Shown piece by piece: positions 22,237 through 34,867 of a stretch of 64,000 nt of DNA (the first letter of the stretch is position 1; each line of letters opens with the position of its first letter). The position numbers and the translations under genes were made by a program. The notes beneath the pieces are model-generated. The model did no database searches. It had not been told where the DNA came from and saw only the letters and a list, made by a program, of their open reading frames with translations. Where the stretch lies: NCBI RefSeq assembly GCF_000143415.4, contig NW_003314263.1:932165-996164 (forward strand), given 5' to 3'. The DNA is from Selaginella moellendorffii (lineage: Eukaryota > Plantae > Lycopodiophyta).

Positions 22237-24411
22237 CTACCACTTGGTATGGTTGTTTGCTCGCCCCAAGCCCAGCTCGAAAACGCTCCTGGCTGCTCGT
22301 TGCGTGAAGCCTTGGCCACTTTGCATCTGGTAGCCACCGAGTAGCGATCCCCAAGCCAGAAGATCCGGGAGAAATGGCATGGCTTGGACGACCTCTCGAG
22401 CGAGTTCCAGGTTCCCGGCCCGTCCCAGGATGTCTGTGACTGAATCGTAGTGCTCCCTCAAAGCTGTGATTCCAAAGTCGCCGCTCATGAGCACGAAGTG
22501 GCGGAGTCCCTGTTCTAGCTTTCCGCCATGGCTGGACGCAGCCAGAACACTGGAGAAGGATTGCTCGTCCAGAGTGAGTCCCTCGATTGCCATCTTCGCC
22601 ACCAGATTGAAGCAAGAGCTCAGCTCTCCGGCCTGAGCATTCCCCGCGATCATGGTGTTGTAGGAGACGACGTTCTTCTCGGGAAAACGCTCGAAGAACC
22701 GCGCTGCCGCTTCTAAGTTGCCGTTTCCAGTGACAGATCCGAGCAGTGAGTTCCAGGAGACAATGCTGCGAGCTGGCATCGTGTAGAAAATCTCCTGGGC
22801 CTCCAAAAGTTTCCCGTGATGAACACCGTAGCCAGCCAGCATTGTGTTCCAGGATATCTCGTCTCTCTCGGGCATTGTTTCAAACACCACCTTGGCTTGC
22901 TCGAGTTCGCGAGCTTGAAAGCAAGATCCCAGCATGAGGTTCCAGGACACGAGGCTCCTTTCCGGCATCTCGTCGAAAACTTTCTTGGCCTCAAGTAACT
23001 TGTCGCCACCATTTCCCTGTGAGACTTGAGTAGCCAGCATGACTGTCCATGCAGCAGCATTCTTCCCCGGCATTCTCGCGAAAACTTCTCTGGCTTCTTC
23101 GGCTTGGCCTGCTCGAGCATACCCGACCATCAAAACTGTCCATGGTTCTATAAACTCGTTCGTCGCAGGCATACTTCTGTCCATGATGGCTCTAGCCTCT
23201 TCCAATCTCCCGGCATCAACGTAAGCTTGGATCATAGCGTTCCAGGACACCACGTCGTACTTCGGCATTGCTTCAAACATCTTCCTTGCTTCTTCCACCA
23301 TTCCCTGGCGACCAAATGCCGAAACCATGCTCGTCCAAGAAGTCACGTCCTTGTGAGGCATCTCGTCAAAGAGAGCTTTAGCTTCTGTCCACAGATGGTT
23401 CTCCAGGAAACCTTGGATCATCGTGTTCCAAGCCACTACGTCTCGCTCCACCATACCTTGAAAAACTTTTGTGGCCTCCTCCATCTCTCCGTTAAGACCG
23501 CAGGCTAAAATCATCGCGGTGCATGACACCGCATTGCACAGACGCATTCGGTAGAACACAGCCTTTGCCTCTCGGATCAATCCCTTTCGGACGTAAGCCT
23601 GGAGAAAAATGTTCCAAGTTACAATCCCAGCTTCTGGAATCTCGTCAAACATTCTTACCACTTCTCCGAGAAGTCCATGACGAGCACAGATGAGCATCAG
23701 CGCATTCCAAGAAAACGCACTGTGCTCTGGCATGGAGTCAAACATCCTCTTTGCTTCGTAAACGTGAAAGCTCTGAGAGAAAGCTGGAAGAAGAGCATTG
23801 TAAGAAACCACATTCCTTTGAGGCATTCGATGAAAGAGTACCTTCGCGTGTTCTAGATCTCCATTCTGGGCATAAACTCCAACCATACACGTCCATGAGA
23901 CAATGTCGGGCTCGGGGATCGCCAGAAAAATCTCCGTCGCTTTGCCGATATCACGGTCGCTAGCATAAGCTTGTATCATCGTGTTCCAAGAGACGACGTC
24001 TCTCTCGGGCATTGAATCAAAGACCCCACGAGCTCGATCCAATCGCCTCTGGAGGGCAAACCCCAGCAACAGCGAATTCCAAGCGACTAGATTCCGCAGC
24101 GGCATGCCGCAGAAGATCCCCTCGGCTTCAACCGCCAGGAAATTCTCCGAGAACACGGCGATCATCGTGTTCCAGGAGAACAGATTGGGACTGCCGATCC
24201 CTTGGAACGCCGCAAGGGCCTCCTCCACGCTACCGCATTTCCCATACGCGTCGATGATGAGATTGGCCAAATATCTGCTGTGCCTGTGCTCGCTCGCGGT
24301 GATCGCGCCATGGATCTGGCGCAGCTGGGCGAGATTCTTGGCCCGCCCAAGAACCCTAATTCTCGACGCCCAGCCTTCTTCTGTTTGAAATCTATTTCCC
24401 GCCAAACACAT
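22237..24411 (-). CDS. PLS-class pentatricopeptide repeat protein with E-type C-terminus (organellar RNA editing factor), intronless
   Basis: About 18 repeats of VVSWNxMI..Y...G...A..VF..MPE, then EHY..TDILGRAG and MPFLPDLLAWGSLLG. No DYW domain. First ATG is at 24411. Confidence 0.92.
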   Translation of the reverse strand: MCLAGNRFQTEEGWASRIRVLGRAKNLAQLRQIHGAITASEHRHSRYLANLIIDAYGKCGSVEEALAAFQGIGSPNLFSWNTMIAVFSENFLAVEAEGIFCGMPLRNLVAWNSLLLGFALQRRLDRARGVFDSMPERDVVSWNTMIQAYASDRDIGKATEIFLAIPEPDIVSWTCMVGVYAQNGDLEHAKVLFHRMPQRNVVSYNALLPAFSQSFHVYEAKRMFDSMPEHSAFSWNALMLICARHGLLGEVVRMFDEIPEAGIVTWNIFLQAYVRKGLIREAKAVFYRMRLCNAVSCTAMILACGLNGEMEEATKVFQGMVERDVVAWNTMIQGFLENHLWTEAKALFDEMPHKDVTSWTSMVSAFGRQGMVEEARKMFEAMPKYDVVSWNAMIQAYVDAGRLEEARAIMDRSMPATNEFIEPWTVLMVGYARAGQAEEAREVFARMPGKNAAAWTVMLATQVSQGNGGDKLLEAKKVFDEMPERSLVSWNLMLGSCFQARELEQAKVVFETMPERDEISWNTMLAGYGVHHGKLLEAQEIFYTMPARSIVSWNSLLGSVTGNGNLEAAARFFERFPEKNVVSYNTMIAGNAQAGELSSCFNLVAKMAIEGLTLDEQSFSSVLAASSHGGKLEQGLRHFVLMSGDFGITALREHYDSVTDILGRAGNLELAREVVQAMPFLPDLLAWGSLLGGYQMQSGQGFTQRAARSVFELGLGRANNHTKW

Positions 24412-24660
24412 GTGCCCTAAGGGTTTAGGGTTTTTCCGCGAAAATATCTCGAGCACTGCCAAAATATCTAGTCTACAGGGATATGCCGTCCTAGATCAAG
24501 CGCTGTCCACTTGGCGTGCTACTGGCCGCCCGATCAATGGGGATTTTGCTAAAACCTCTCGGCTATGGTGGAGCTAGGGTTTTAGTGCCTGGCATTCTCG
24601 GAATGGTGCTCTGGCGAAGGGTTTCTTAGCAGCGGAGCGATTTCCCGGCACGCGAGCGCG
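24412..24660. promoter_or_regulatory. ~250 bp bidirectional promoter (PPR / ATXR7) with teloboxes
   Basis: Head-to-head ATGs, with TAGGGTTT motifs at ~24426-24433 and ~24575-24582. Confidence 0.55.
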
Positions 24661-27600
24661 ATGAGGCAGGTCTTTGCGGTCGATGGAGGTAGGAGCTGCC
24701 GCATAGAATGTAGGAATCTCGACAGGAAACGCTCCAGGAGCGACAGGGATAGGGAATCCTCGCGGCATGGGGGCTACTCGTCAATGCCGTGGGAGGACGA
24801 GGAGGATGAGCTTGGCTGGGACGAGGAGGATGAGTTGGAGTTTCAATCTTTCCAGAAATCCCTTGGCAACCGCTCCGTGTTATGGACAGGCGGCGGCATG
24901 ACGATTCGTGCTCGAAATTCCAATGCCAGATCCCACCCTGAGAATGGCAGGAAGAGCTACCAGGGTGGCTATGGCAGGGATTCTACTTCTTCTTGGGACA
25001 GGAAGCAGCTGCCACGGTATGATCCATACGACCTCTGGGACTCGGAGGAGGATTCTTCTCCCAAAATTTATGACAATTTTGAGGATGATTATATGCTAGC
25101 AAGAACTCACAAAAGAGAAGACTATAGATATGACGATCTCGGTGGACGAACAATGTCACCACCACGGTAAGCTCTCTTTTATAACTCTGGCTTAGTAAGT
25201 TCTTCTCGTGTCATCCAGCTCTCTGGGCCGCATTTCCGCGCAACGCCATTATTCTGGTCGAGGTAAGTAGATTTTTATTTTTATTTTTTTTTCTCTCAGC
25301 TTGAAGTTCCTTGTTGCAGAGGCTCCGGACTTTTACCCTCCTGCAAAGGTCAGTGCAACTCGAGCTTTGTAAAGAAAATGTACCTCTCTCTTAACTACTT
25401 TTCTTTACAGGATTACCAGCGCGTGAGAGAGAGACAAAGATCGCCGGACAGGGAGCCTTATGACTACTATGCTAGTAGTCGGAGAGATCATCACGATGGC
25501 AGAAAAGATGCTGAATTACTTGCAGCGAAAGCCCGTGCGAGAAGTGAGGAGGACTTGCCTCCCGGTTTTGAACGTAAGCCTGAGAGCAAACGATCTCCGA
25601 GTCCAGGACGACATAACGAACGAGACCGGAGGTCATGCTTCAACTGTGGTAAAGTTGGGCATCTGAGCGCCCAGTGCCCGCTGAAGACCGAGAGAGGGGA
25701 ACGATCGCCAAAACGTTTGAGGCCGTCCGAGGATGACAGGAAGAGAGGCCGTGGGAAGCAGTGCTACAACTGCGGTGAAGAAGGCCACAAGAGCAGAGTT
25801 TGCCCAAGAAAAGTCAGTGTTTCTGTAACCAACAAGGAAGATGGTGGAAGACGTGCGGATGAGAAGCGATGCTTCAATTGCCACGAGAGTGGTCACCTTC
25901 TCTTCGAGTGCCCGATGTTTTCAGATGGTGATGCCCCTCGAAACGAAAGCGCTCGATCGGTTGGGGATAATGCCTGTGTTCTGTACAAGACGAAACTTAC
26001 TGACGCGGAGAAAAACCAGTACCTCAGGCAGAACAAATGCTTTACGTGCGGCAAGTCGGGCCATCCATACTATAGCTGCCCCCAGTCCGAGAAGCGACTG
26101 GAGTATGTTTTCGAGGACCGCGAGCACAAGTCTGCCTTGAAGGTATCATTTTCTTTTCTTCACTTGATTATGGACGGCCTCATCATCCGATGGTTACAGC
26201 TGCTGAAGAGTGCCTGTTGGAATTACTGGGATGATAACGGGGAAATGCATGGCCCAGTTTCGCTCTCATTTATGTCAACCCGACTTCAAGAGGGCATTAT
26301 GGACAAGAATGTACTGGTATGGCTAGACTGACTCTTCGGTATTGGGGTCTAACACGTTGAACTCGTGTCAGGTTCGTCACATGTATGAACACATCAAACC
26401 AATCCCTCTCGAGACACTTTTAAAATTTTCGAAAAGCAAAACGGTGCTTTCGCTGTTAGGATGCATGCCAAAGTCGGCATCATTCCTCGGCGAGGAGATG
26501 GACGCCCAGAGCTGCGTGGATAAGTCTCTATCGGCCTTCCAGAAAAAGCTTCATTACGACATCTATGAAACTACGGTTCGGTGGTTTTTTATCAGCAGTA
26601 TGAACGAGGCATTGCAGACATATAAAACAGCGAGAAAGTATTGGGGGAAACAAGCTTCCCAAACCGCGGAGGTAAGTCCATCCGTTTTAATTGTCTGCTG
26701 CTGTTCACAATCAACAGCTTCGTTGTTCAGGACTATTCTGATCCTGATGGTAGCGGACCACCTCATAGCTCAGATTGCGAGCTCTCCTCTCCCGATGGCG
26801 TTCAAGGGTCGAAAGAAATGGTACATGCTACGTCGTTCCTTGTTATGTGTTTTTAATTCACGCCTTCGTTTTACAGGAAGGACATTCACAGAAGTCAGCA
26901 ATGTTGGTGGAGTGTTGTGAGAAGTATGTTACCGACTCGACATTGGAAGATCCTATGTCCAACTCACTGGCGGCAATTCAGAAGTGCATTCATTCCGGAG
27001 TGCTTGAAGCAGCACGAGGAGGTATCGTAGACGCCATTGTGGGAGAGTATCTGCACACGTGGGACATCGAACGAAAAGCGAAAGCGAGCCAGAAGGAGCC
27101 GGTGATAGAGGTGATTGAGACCACGTCAGTTATAGAGGATTGGACCTACGAGAAAGCTGGTCGAAAGGAGAAAGCTATAGACGGAGAGGACACGTCGGAG
27201 ATGGAAAGCTCCCCTTGCGTGAGGAAGTACAAAGACAGGAAGGAGCAAACGGTTGAAGTCATAGACAGCACGCCAGCAATGGAGACTTCTCTGGTATCTT
27301 GGAGGATCAACAGGTTGAAGGAAAGAGCCGAAAGAGCGGTAGAGAGCGCGGCGGCAATGGCCACCTGGACCAAAGAACCGCAAGAAGAAAACTTGACATC
27401 GATGCCCAATTCACCGGTGGTAGAGATTATCTCCGAAGACAGCAAGCACGAGCACAGCGAAGATAGTAAAGCTACCGCAGACTCGTCTCCTACGCCTGTC
27501 GGGACGAACGAAACCACCGTTTTCAAGCGTCTCAAGAGGAACTGTTCTTCGAAAGCCGTAGAAGAGCCCACCGTTCCAGCTCCAGATGCAGTCGATCTCG

Positions 27601-29401
27601 ACCTTTTCATGCCTTACGAGAAGAAGAGAAAAGTTCCTGAACCAAGAGGCGGTCCTTTGAAAGTTGTCATCAAAAGCTTGAACAGGTCCACCGGTGATAA
27701 AAAAACTGAGGTCAGCGTGCCAACTCCAGCTCCAGTTCTAGCGAATGAGAAGACTACGATCTTAGTCGACGAGAAGAAGAAAACAATGGCTGAACCGAGG
27801 AGCTGCCCTCTGAAGGTTGTCATCAAGAACTCGAGAAAGACCAGCATTCCAGCTCCAGCTAAACTCGACTCCATTCAGAAGAAAAAAGTCGCTGAACCGT
27901 TGAAGACTGTAAAGGAGAGCATTCCAGCTTCAGCTCCAGCCAATCATGTTCAGAAGAAAAAAGTCGCTGAACCGTTGAAGGTGGTAAAAGAGACCATTCC
28001 TCCAGCTTCAACCAATCTCGACTCTGTTCAGAAGAAAAAAGTCGCTGAACCGGTGAAGGTGGTGAAAGAGATCATTCCTCCGACTCCAGCTTCAGTTCCG
28101 GCTGAGAAGAAGAACACCGTCTCTGGAAGTGAACCTCCGCAGCTGGTACTAAAAGTTTTCCGCAAGACAAAGAAGCCAAATGACACTACTACGGTGACAG
28201 CGATTCCGTTGGAAACAGACAAGGCCGTGGCAAAGAAACGAACGCTGAAGCTCACGGAGCTCACCGATGCAAAAGGTACGTCTTGTCTCTTTTGATTCAT
28301 TTCGTTTCATTGTTTTCTCTGACTGGATGGTCAGTTTAGCTTCCGAATCGGAGACAAAGCTCGCTACTATCAAGGAACAGACTGATGAATCTAGTGATTC
28401 TACACTCAGCGAAGAAGAAGAAGAAAACGAAGGCTCTCCGCTAAAATCGTTGAGTTCCAAGCGGCCTGTACCAGCTATATTGTTGCAGCAGGACGAGGCT
28501 AGACAACCGCAACTTCCAGGCTGTGCACGAAGCTCACTGCCTGGATCAGAGTGGAAGCTATGGAAGACCAGCTACGAGAGTTACTGTTGCATCGATCGCA
28601 AGCAATCCAGGGCCAAGGAGAGAGCTGGGACTTTACCGTCGGCACGATCGAACAGAGCTGGGGTTCGCAAGCTCGGCGGCTCAAGAGCTATGGAGAAGAT
28701 GAGAGCACGCAAAAAGTTGCTAAAGTTCCAGCGCAGCAAGATACACGCATGGGGAGTGGTGGCTATGGAGGTCATTGAGCCTGAAGACTTCATTGTGGAG
28801 TACGTCGGAGAAGTTCTTCGTCCAAAGGTAATACCGTTCCTGTTTTCTTCGTTCTTTTCTCCAAAACTTATGGTTCTTCTTTTTTTTCTTAAGGTGGCAG
28901 ACGTTCGAGAAGTTCGATATTTAAGGCAGGGACTTGGTAGCAGCTATTTTTTCCGCGTTGGCGATGGCTTTGTGGTAAATCAGTTTCTTACACCCAGATC
29001 TGGGACTAAAATCTTGGTGTGTTTGATCGTATAGATTGATGCCACCCAGCGCGGAGGACTCGGAAGGTTTATAAATCACTCCTGCGAGGTGAGTTTCCAA
29101 AGTCTTTGTAACAATAACGTTCTCATCTTCTGTTTCATAAAACACCAGCCAAACTGCTATCCCAAGATCATCACAGTGGAGGGACAGAAACGTGTTTTTA
29201 TTTACGCAAGAACACACATTGCTCCCGGGACCGAGCTTACATACGACTACAAATTTCCTCACGAGGATCAGAAGATCCCCTGCCTCTGCGGAGCTGAGAG
29301 GTAATCAAATTTTAGAATACTTCCACTTGGATCATATCCACGAGAAGGCCGACTTGACGCTTTGGGTTACAAATGCCAGGTGCCGGGGATTTCTAAACTA
29401 G
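24661..29401 (+). CDS. ATXR7: Set1-class histone H3K4 methyltransferase (ATXR7/SDG25-like): CCHC zinc knuckles, GYF-like domain, SET and post-SET; multi-exon
   Basis: Motifs [51 protein letters not shown] and IPCLCG..CRGFLN. GT-AG exons join in frame from 25411 to the stop at 29401. Confidence 0.92.
27620..28160 (+). repeat. Intragenic coding repeats (EPR..PLKVVIK x2; [14 protein letters not shown] x3)
   Basis: Visible in the translation and in DNA (cagaagaaaaaagtcgctgaaccg x3). Confidence 0.85.
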
Positions 29402-29502
29402 ATTTGCCGTGTCAAGACGTGGCAAATCCCCGCAAAACACTCGAATCGTGAGAGAGGGATCTCCCCTACAGTCAGCGATGTACCGGACGAGCAAAAGAAT
29501 CT

Positions 29503-31246
29503 CTACCTGAAGAAGAACTTCCACACTTCCCGCGTGCTCGAATAGCCATCGGGAAACTCTGCAACGAGATGAGCGCCTAGAATGCCTGTCACAGCAAGAG
29601 CTTTCTTTCAGCCATGGAACCAAGCGATCGATCAAAGCAAAGAGCCTTACCATCGTCTTCGACCATGTTCTTGAACTGCCGGCTGCCACCGCCACGTCCA
29701 AAGTAGTGCTTCTTCGCCGCTACGTACACGACACCGTAGTAAGGCCTGAGGCACTGCAACAAAAGCCGACGGGGTCAAACAGTGGACAGTGGAAAACAAA
29801 TAGAAAAAACAGACAAAGATAAGGACAGGGAAAACTAAGGAAGGGACGGCAAAGAGAAGAACACAGTACCTTTTTGAGCAGGGTGTAAAGCTTGGAGAGA
29901 GACGAGGAGCTGTAAATGGTGTCGGACATGAGGATGATGTCGTAGCCATCCTCTTGGTACCCGCTGCATTCTCGACTGCTCTCGAAAGCCCGGCTCCCGT
30001 TCGAGCGCCTCCTGGAGCGTCCACCATTCTCGGTTGGCGTCGACGGCCGCGAAGGCTCCCTGTCGCCCACCGGAGTCGACGGAGTCGATGGCCTCGAGTG
30101 CTCGCCGAGCGGCGTCGATGGCCGGGACGAGTAGTCGAAGCTGAATCCAAAGTCGACGTTGGTGTCGTTGTCCAAGTCGGGTGGACTGGCCTGGGAGAGG
30201 AGGTTCTGGACGTCGGCCCAGTCGCCGGAGAAGTAGCGGAGGTCGGGCGACACGGCCATGCTCCTCGTCGGGGTGAGCGAGCCATTGTGGCGAGAGATTC
30301 GTGCGCGGGCATAGTCCAGATTAGCTGACACGTTTGGGATCGTCAGCCGCTTGACAACTTCAATGTTGAAGTCCTGGAAGTGGACTGTGGAGGCACCCTG
30401 GAAGACAAACGAGTGTTACACTTGGCTAGAGTCAAGATGCCGGGCACGTTTTTCTTCTAGCCTACCTTGATGCAAGCGAACACGCCTGGAAGTCCATGCC
30501 CGCAACCGAGCTGGTGGTGGCCAATTCAAACAAAGCATAAGATAACTTAATAGAAACGAAAGAGTTGATCAAGTCGACCACGCACCTCAAGCACCCGCTT
30601 TCCTCGAAACGAGAGCTGCCCGTCTTGGATCTCACGTCGCAGCGTGTCGACGAGATCGGTGGCGCATTCCGAGAGCTTCAATCCTCCTGGAGAAGAGAGA
30701 AGAGAAAAGTCGTCAGCAATGCCCACTTGATCATACGAATCAGAAAGCAACAGCTTACCTTCGTACGTTCCAGGAACTAGATCAGCGCTGGGGATGCCAG
30801 CAACATCGCTGTTCGTGATCCGGCCCTGGAAGAAAGAAGAAATGGAGACAACCAGATGATCCTGTCAGAGCTCTTTCTTAAAGCGACAAAACATAACTAG
30901 AGATTTTTTTCTCTTGTTTAGTACTACTCGACCGACCTTGAGAAGGATAATCCCTCCGGGCAACGACACCGGCTCTGTGGCAAACAATTTGGCATGCGTG
31001 TCCTGCGAAACAATGCCAGAAAGAAGCTCTCAATCCATCCGTTCCATCCATCCATCCATCCAAGAAAATCCCAAAAATATTTCGAAATCCGCGAGAAAGA
31101 GCGAGAGATTCTACCTCTGTGGGGATGATTTCCTCCGCGGGAGGCGCCGGAGGAAGATCCGAGAAGCCCAGCCGCGCGGGATTGCTCTGGAGCAGGCAAT
31201 GGCCGGGGAGATTGTAGAGGCAGGAGAATATCGACGGCGCTTTCAT
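29503..31246 (-). CDS. METTL18: Histidine protein methyltransferase 1-like (METTL18/HPM1 family, Methyltransf_16); multi-exon
   Basis: Motifs GGLKL.EC, FRGKRVLELGCGHGLPG, VHFQDFN, YFSGDW, YDIILMSDTIY, YVAAKKHYFG.GGG and REVWKFFFR*. Confidence 0.85.
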
Positions 31247-31724
31247 CGCTCGCGTCCCTGCCGGCGCCTAGCTATGGCGCTCCTCCTTCCTTGCCCTGTT
31301 GTTGCTGGATCCTAGCGCGGCCCTGCCGCGAAAATGTGGAAAATGCGCGGCGGCCTTGCCTTGAAGAGTCACAGCGTCGATGCGTTGCACGTGTGGGCGC
31401 TCCTCGCGATTTCCCTCCCCTTCGTCGTCACGATCAAGCAACGAGGAGAGAAAGAGAAGCCCTCCGCGAAGCTGCTAGCAAAGTGCCATGGCTATGGCGG
31501 CGGAATATCCCGCGGCATATTCCGCCGGGAAGTGACATCGTCAGACACGTGGCCGCACGACGTGCCGTGGATCTGACCGGCCTCTGCCGGCTGACTCTCC
31601 GGCATCTGGTAGCCACGACTAGGGAAATTTTAGGGTTCTTGGAGTCGAAATTTTAGGGTTTTTGGATCGATCCATGTAGCTCGACGCGGCCAGGGCGCCA
31701 TGGAAGGGGAAGAGATCCACGCGT

Positions 31725-33395
31725 ATGTTCTTCGAGGATGTGGCGCGGCTGCTGCGGTCGTGCACAGCGCTCGATCAAGCGCGCCGGATTCAAAGGATCG
31801 TCGCGGCCGTGGAGCCCGGGAATATGTTTCTGGGCAATCTCGTGGTGCGAATGTATGGGCGGTGTGGGAGCCCGGAGGAGGCGCGGCGGGCGTTCGAGGG
31901 CATCGCGCGCCGCAATGCCTTCTCCTGGGGCATTTTGATGGCAGCGTATGCGCAGAATGGGCAATTGCGAGAATCCGAGGCTGTGTTTCACAGGATGCCG
32001 GAGAGGGATGTGATCGCTTGGAATTCGATGATCACGGGATACTCTCACGCCGGATTCGTCGCGAGATCTAGAGCTCTTTTCCTCCAAATGCCCGAGAGGA
32101 ATCTCATCTCTTGGAACGCGATGGCGGCAGCGTATGCCCAGAATGGGCATATTGACGAAGCGCAAGAAATCTTTCACAGGGCTCCTTCTCGCGACATCGT
32201 GACCTGGAACACCATCGCGGCGGCGCTCGCGCAGCTCGGATCCAGCGCCCAATCGCGCGAATTCTTCAATGCGATGCCAGAGAGGAACGAAATCTCCTGG
32301 TCGTGTACCATCCAATCCATCGCCCAGGCCGGGAATTCGCACGACGCGCGCGCGCTGCTCGATCGAATGCCGCGGTGGAGCGTCTTCGCCCTAAACGCCC
32401 TAATCGCCGCGAGCGCCACTGGCAGCGACGAAGCACAGGAGCTCTTCGATCAAATGCCGCACAGGGACGTCGCCACGTGGACGGCCCTGATGGACGCGTA
32501 CGCTCGCGCCGGTCTTCTCCGCCATTCGCGCCGCGTGTTCGCGGAGATGCCCGTACGGAACGTCTTCTCCTGGACCGTGCTCATCGTGGCCGTTGCGCGG
32601 GGCGGGATCGACGGTGGCCCGCGAGTCGAGGAATCGCGATCTCTCTTTGACAGGATGCCTGCCAGGAATCTGGTCGCGTGGAACGCCACAATCGCGGCAT
32701 TTGGGGAATATGCGCCGCATCTGTCGGGCCTCTTCGTTTCCATACCCGCCCGCGATGCCGCCACGTGGAACTCCCTGGTCCGTGGGTTTGGGCATTCCGG
32801 GGAGATCGCGCGCGCCGAGGAGATTCTCTCCAAGATGCCCCACCACGGCCTCCTCGCGTGGAACTCGATGCTGGTAGCATATGCCCACTCCGGGCATCTT
32901 GAAAAGGCATACTTGCTTTTTGGCGCCATGCCGGTCAGGGATCGATTCTCGTGGTCGGCGGCTCTAAGCTGGGATTACCGGCGCTTTTGGGAAATGGGCC
33001 TCGAGGGAATCGAACCCGACCCGGTGTGTGTGACGAGCTTGCTAGCTTCGCTCAAGGACGCTGGAGATTTACAAAGTTCTAGAGAATGGTTTGTGAGAAT
33101 GCTCCCGGACTTTGGAATCCAATTGACAAAGGATCACTTCTACTGCATCGCGGATGGTTTGGCAAAGTCTGGAGAGCTGAGTTTGGCGATCGAGTTTCTT
33201 GCGGGAGTCCCGTTTGATCCGGATGTTATAGCTTGGACCACCATTCTTAGCTCCTGTGTGGAGTTTAGCGATGCTAGCCTTGGAGCTCACGCGGCCGAGC
33301 GAGTACTTGGCGATTCGAGGAACTATGGCGGCGCCGGTGCTTTCATCTCCTTGGCAAACACTTACTCCATGATGGTGAGCTTTGATCCTCCATAA
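31725..33395 (+). CDS. PLS-class PPR protein with E-type C-terminus, intronless
   Basis: MYGRCGSPEEARRAF, repeated xxSWNxM..AY...G, and VPFDPDVIAWTTIL..AFISLANTY. No DYW domain. Confidence 0.9.
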   Translation: MFFEDVARLLRSCTALDQARRIQRIVAAVEPGNMFLGNLVVRMYGRCGSPEEARRAFEGIARRNAFSWGILMAAYAQNGQLRESEAVFHRMPERDVIAWNSMITGYSHAGFVARSRALFLQMPERNLISWNAMAAAYAQNGHIDEAQEIFHRAPSRDIVTWNTIAAALAQLGSSAQSREFFNAMPERNEISWSCTIQSIAQAGNSHDARALLDRMPRWSVFALNALIAASATGSDEAQELFDQMPHRDVATWTALMDAYARAGLLRHSRRVFAEMPVRNVFSWTVLIVAVARGGIDGGPRVEESRSLFDRMPARNLVAWNATIAAFGEYAPHLSGLFVSIPARDAATWNSLVRGFGHSGEIARAEEILSKMPHHGLLAWNSMLVAYAHSGHLEKAYLLFGAMPVRDRFSWSAALSWDYRRFWEMGLEGIEPDPVCVTSLLASLKDAGDLQSSREWFVRMLPDFGIQLTKDHFYCIADGLAKSGELSLAIEFLAGVPFDPDVIAWTTILSSCVEFSDASLGAHAAERVLGDSRNYGGAGAFISLANTYSMMVSFDPP

Positions 33396-34867
33396 CGTTT
33401 CATAGCCCTCACGCCCCACAAACTTTGATCCAGGCATGCATTAGTGTCGCATTAAACACAGGGATAATGGGTGCTCTTGATTGATTATCCGATTGTTACA
33501 TTTTCGATTCTCGCGACCTTTCACGATTGATCCAGATGGAATCTGCTGCAAGACGGCATGCTAGATAGATCGACTGTCTGTACGTGTTTAGAAAAGGGTT
33601 TTCCAAGGCGGTGGTGCTAAAACAAAGTTGACGCTGTTTGTCAATTGGAGGTTGACAAGACGGATTTTACAAGTTGACAAGACGACAAGCACCGCCATTC
33701 TTGACTTGGCATCCAGAAAAAACTACTACCAACTTTCTCTAAGTGTCTTTGTGTGTATGGATTTGCTCGAAGTTAGGTGTGAAATAGATGGGAAGCGCGC
33801 GCGCGAGCGAGCGAGGGGAGAAATTCTAAGCTCGCCCAATTGAGGACAAGCACAAAGAGGTTCCTTGAGCACGACAAGCACTATGCATACATGTGTATGC
33901 AAAGCTTTGCCCATAGTTTAATCCCCGTGGCTGTGCTTTTGTGGCCCTGGTTGACAAATAAATTGCTAAACAAGCCCAGATTCGGAAAAGCCTCAATGTC
34001 ACACACCATGTTATCGGTCATTGGATTTGTCCTCTTGTCGTAGATCCTCATGTGATTCAAACCATTTAAAAGACCTCGGCACTTTTATTCAAAGAGCAGT
34101 TCTTCCCGAGATCATTTCAGGCATGCGTTGAATTTACCCAGCTTGGATATGGTCTCATTCTTTCAAATCATCATCGAGTTGGTAAACTCTCTGTTGATAG
34201 TTAAAAGGAACCCATCCAAATGATGCATCTGTTGTGTACTTTTTGCCTCTGGATTTTTCTTTGTAATTTCAAAGTTGAGTGATCTGGAATCCAGGAAAGT
34301 TTATGTATAAATTAAATGCCCAATGCGCAGTGATATTTACTCCGAAGGACAAAGGTTTGTTTATTTTACGTACTCAGGCTGCACGAAAGTGGTGTCGTGG
34401 AAATCTCAATTCTGGCACTCACCCAAAAAGGGATTTCAAAATCTGTAAATAGGGAACGAAACGGGCCCGAGATCCAACCAAGTTGAACATGTCAAGCCCA
34501 ATTACATTGCTGTGTGGTGCATGAAAACATGGCTGGATCTCCCTGCCAACGCCGATCTAGCTGCGTGCTAGCTGCATAAACAAATGCCCACGAAAACAAA
34601 TCCCCTAGCAAACGACGCAAACAACAACATCCCAGCAGCACCAGCAACAACAAGGAAGCCCGAAAAGTCCTTCTCAATCATTGTTTCCTTGATTTTATAT
34701 ACAGCAGGCCGATCATCGATCATTCTCGTGCAACACCAGTGCCACCACCTCCACCTCCTCCACCACCTTTCTTTTGCCACCACCGCCACCACCACCCACA
34801 CAATTCAGCCCAACAGTTATGCTAGTTTACAAATAAATAATTGACCTGTCATTCCAACTTCCAGTTC

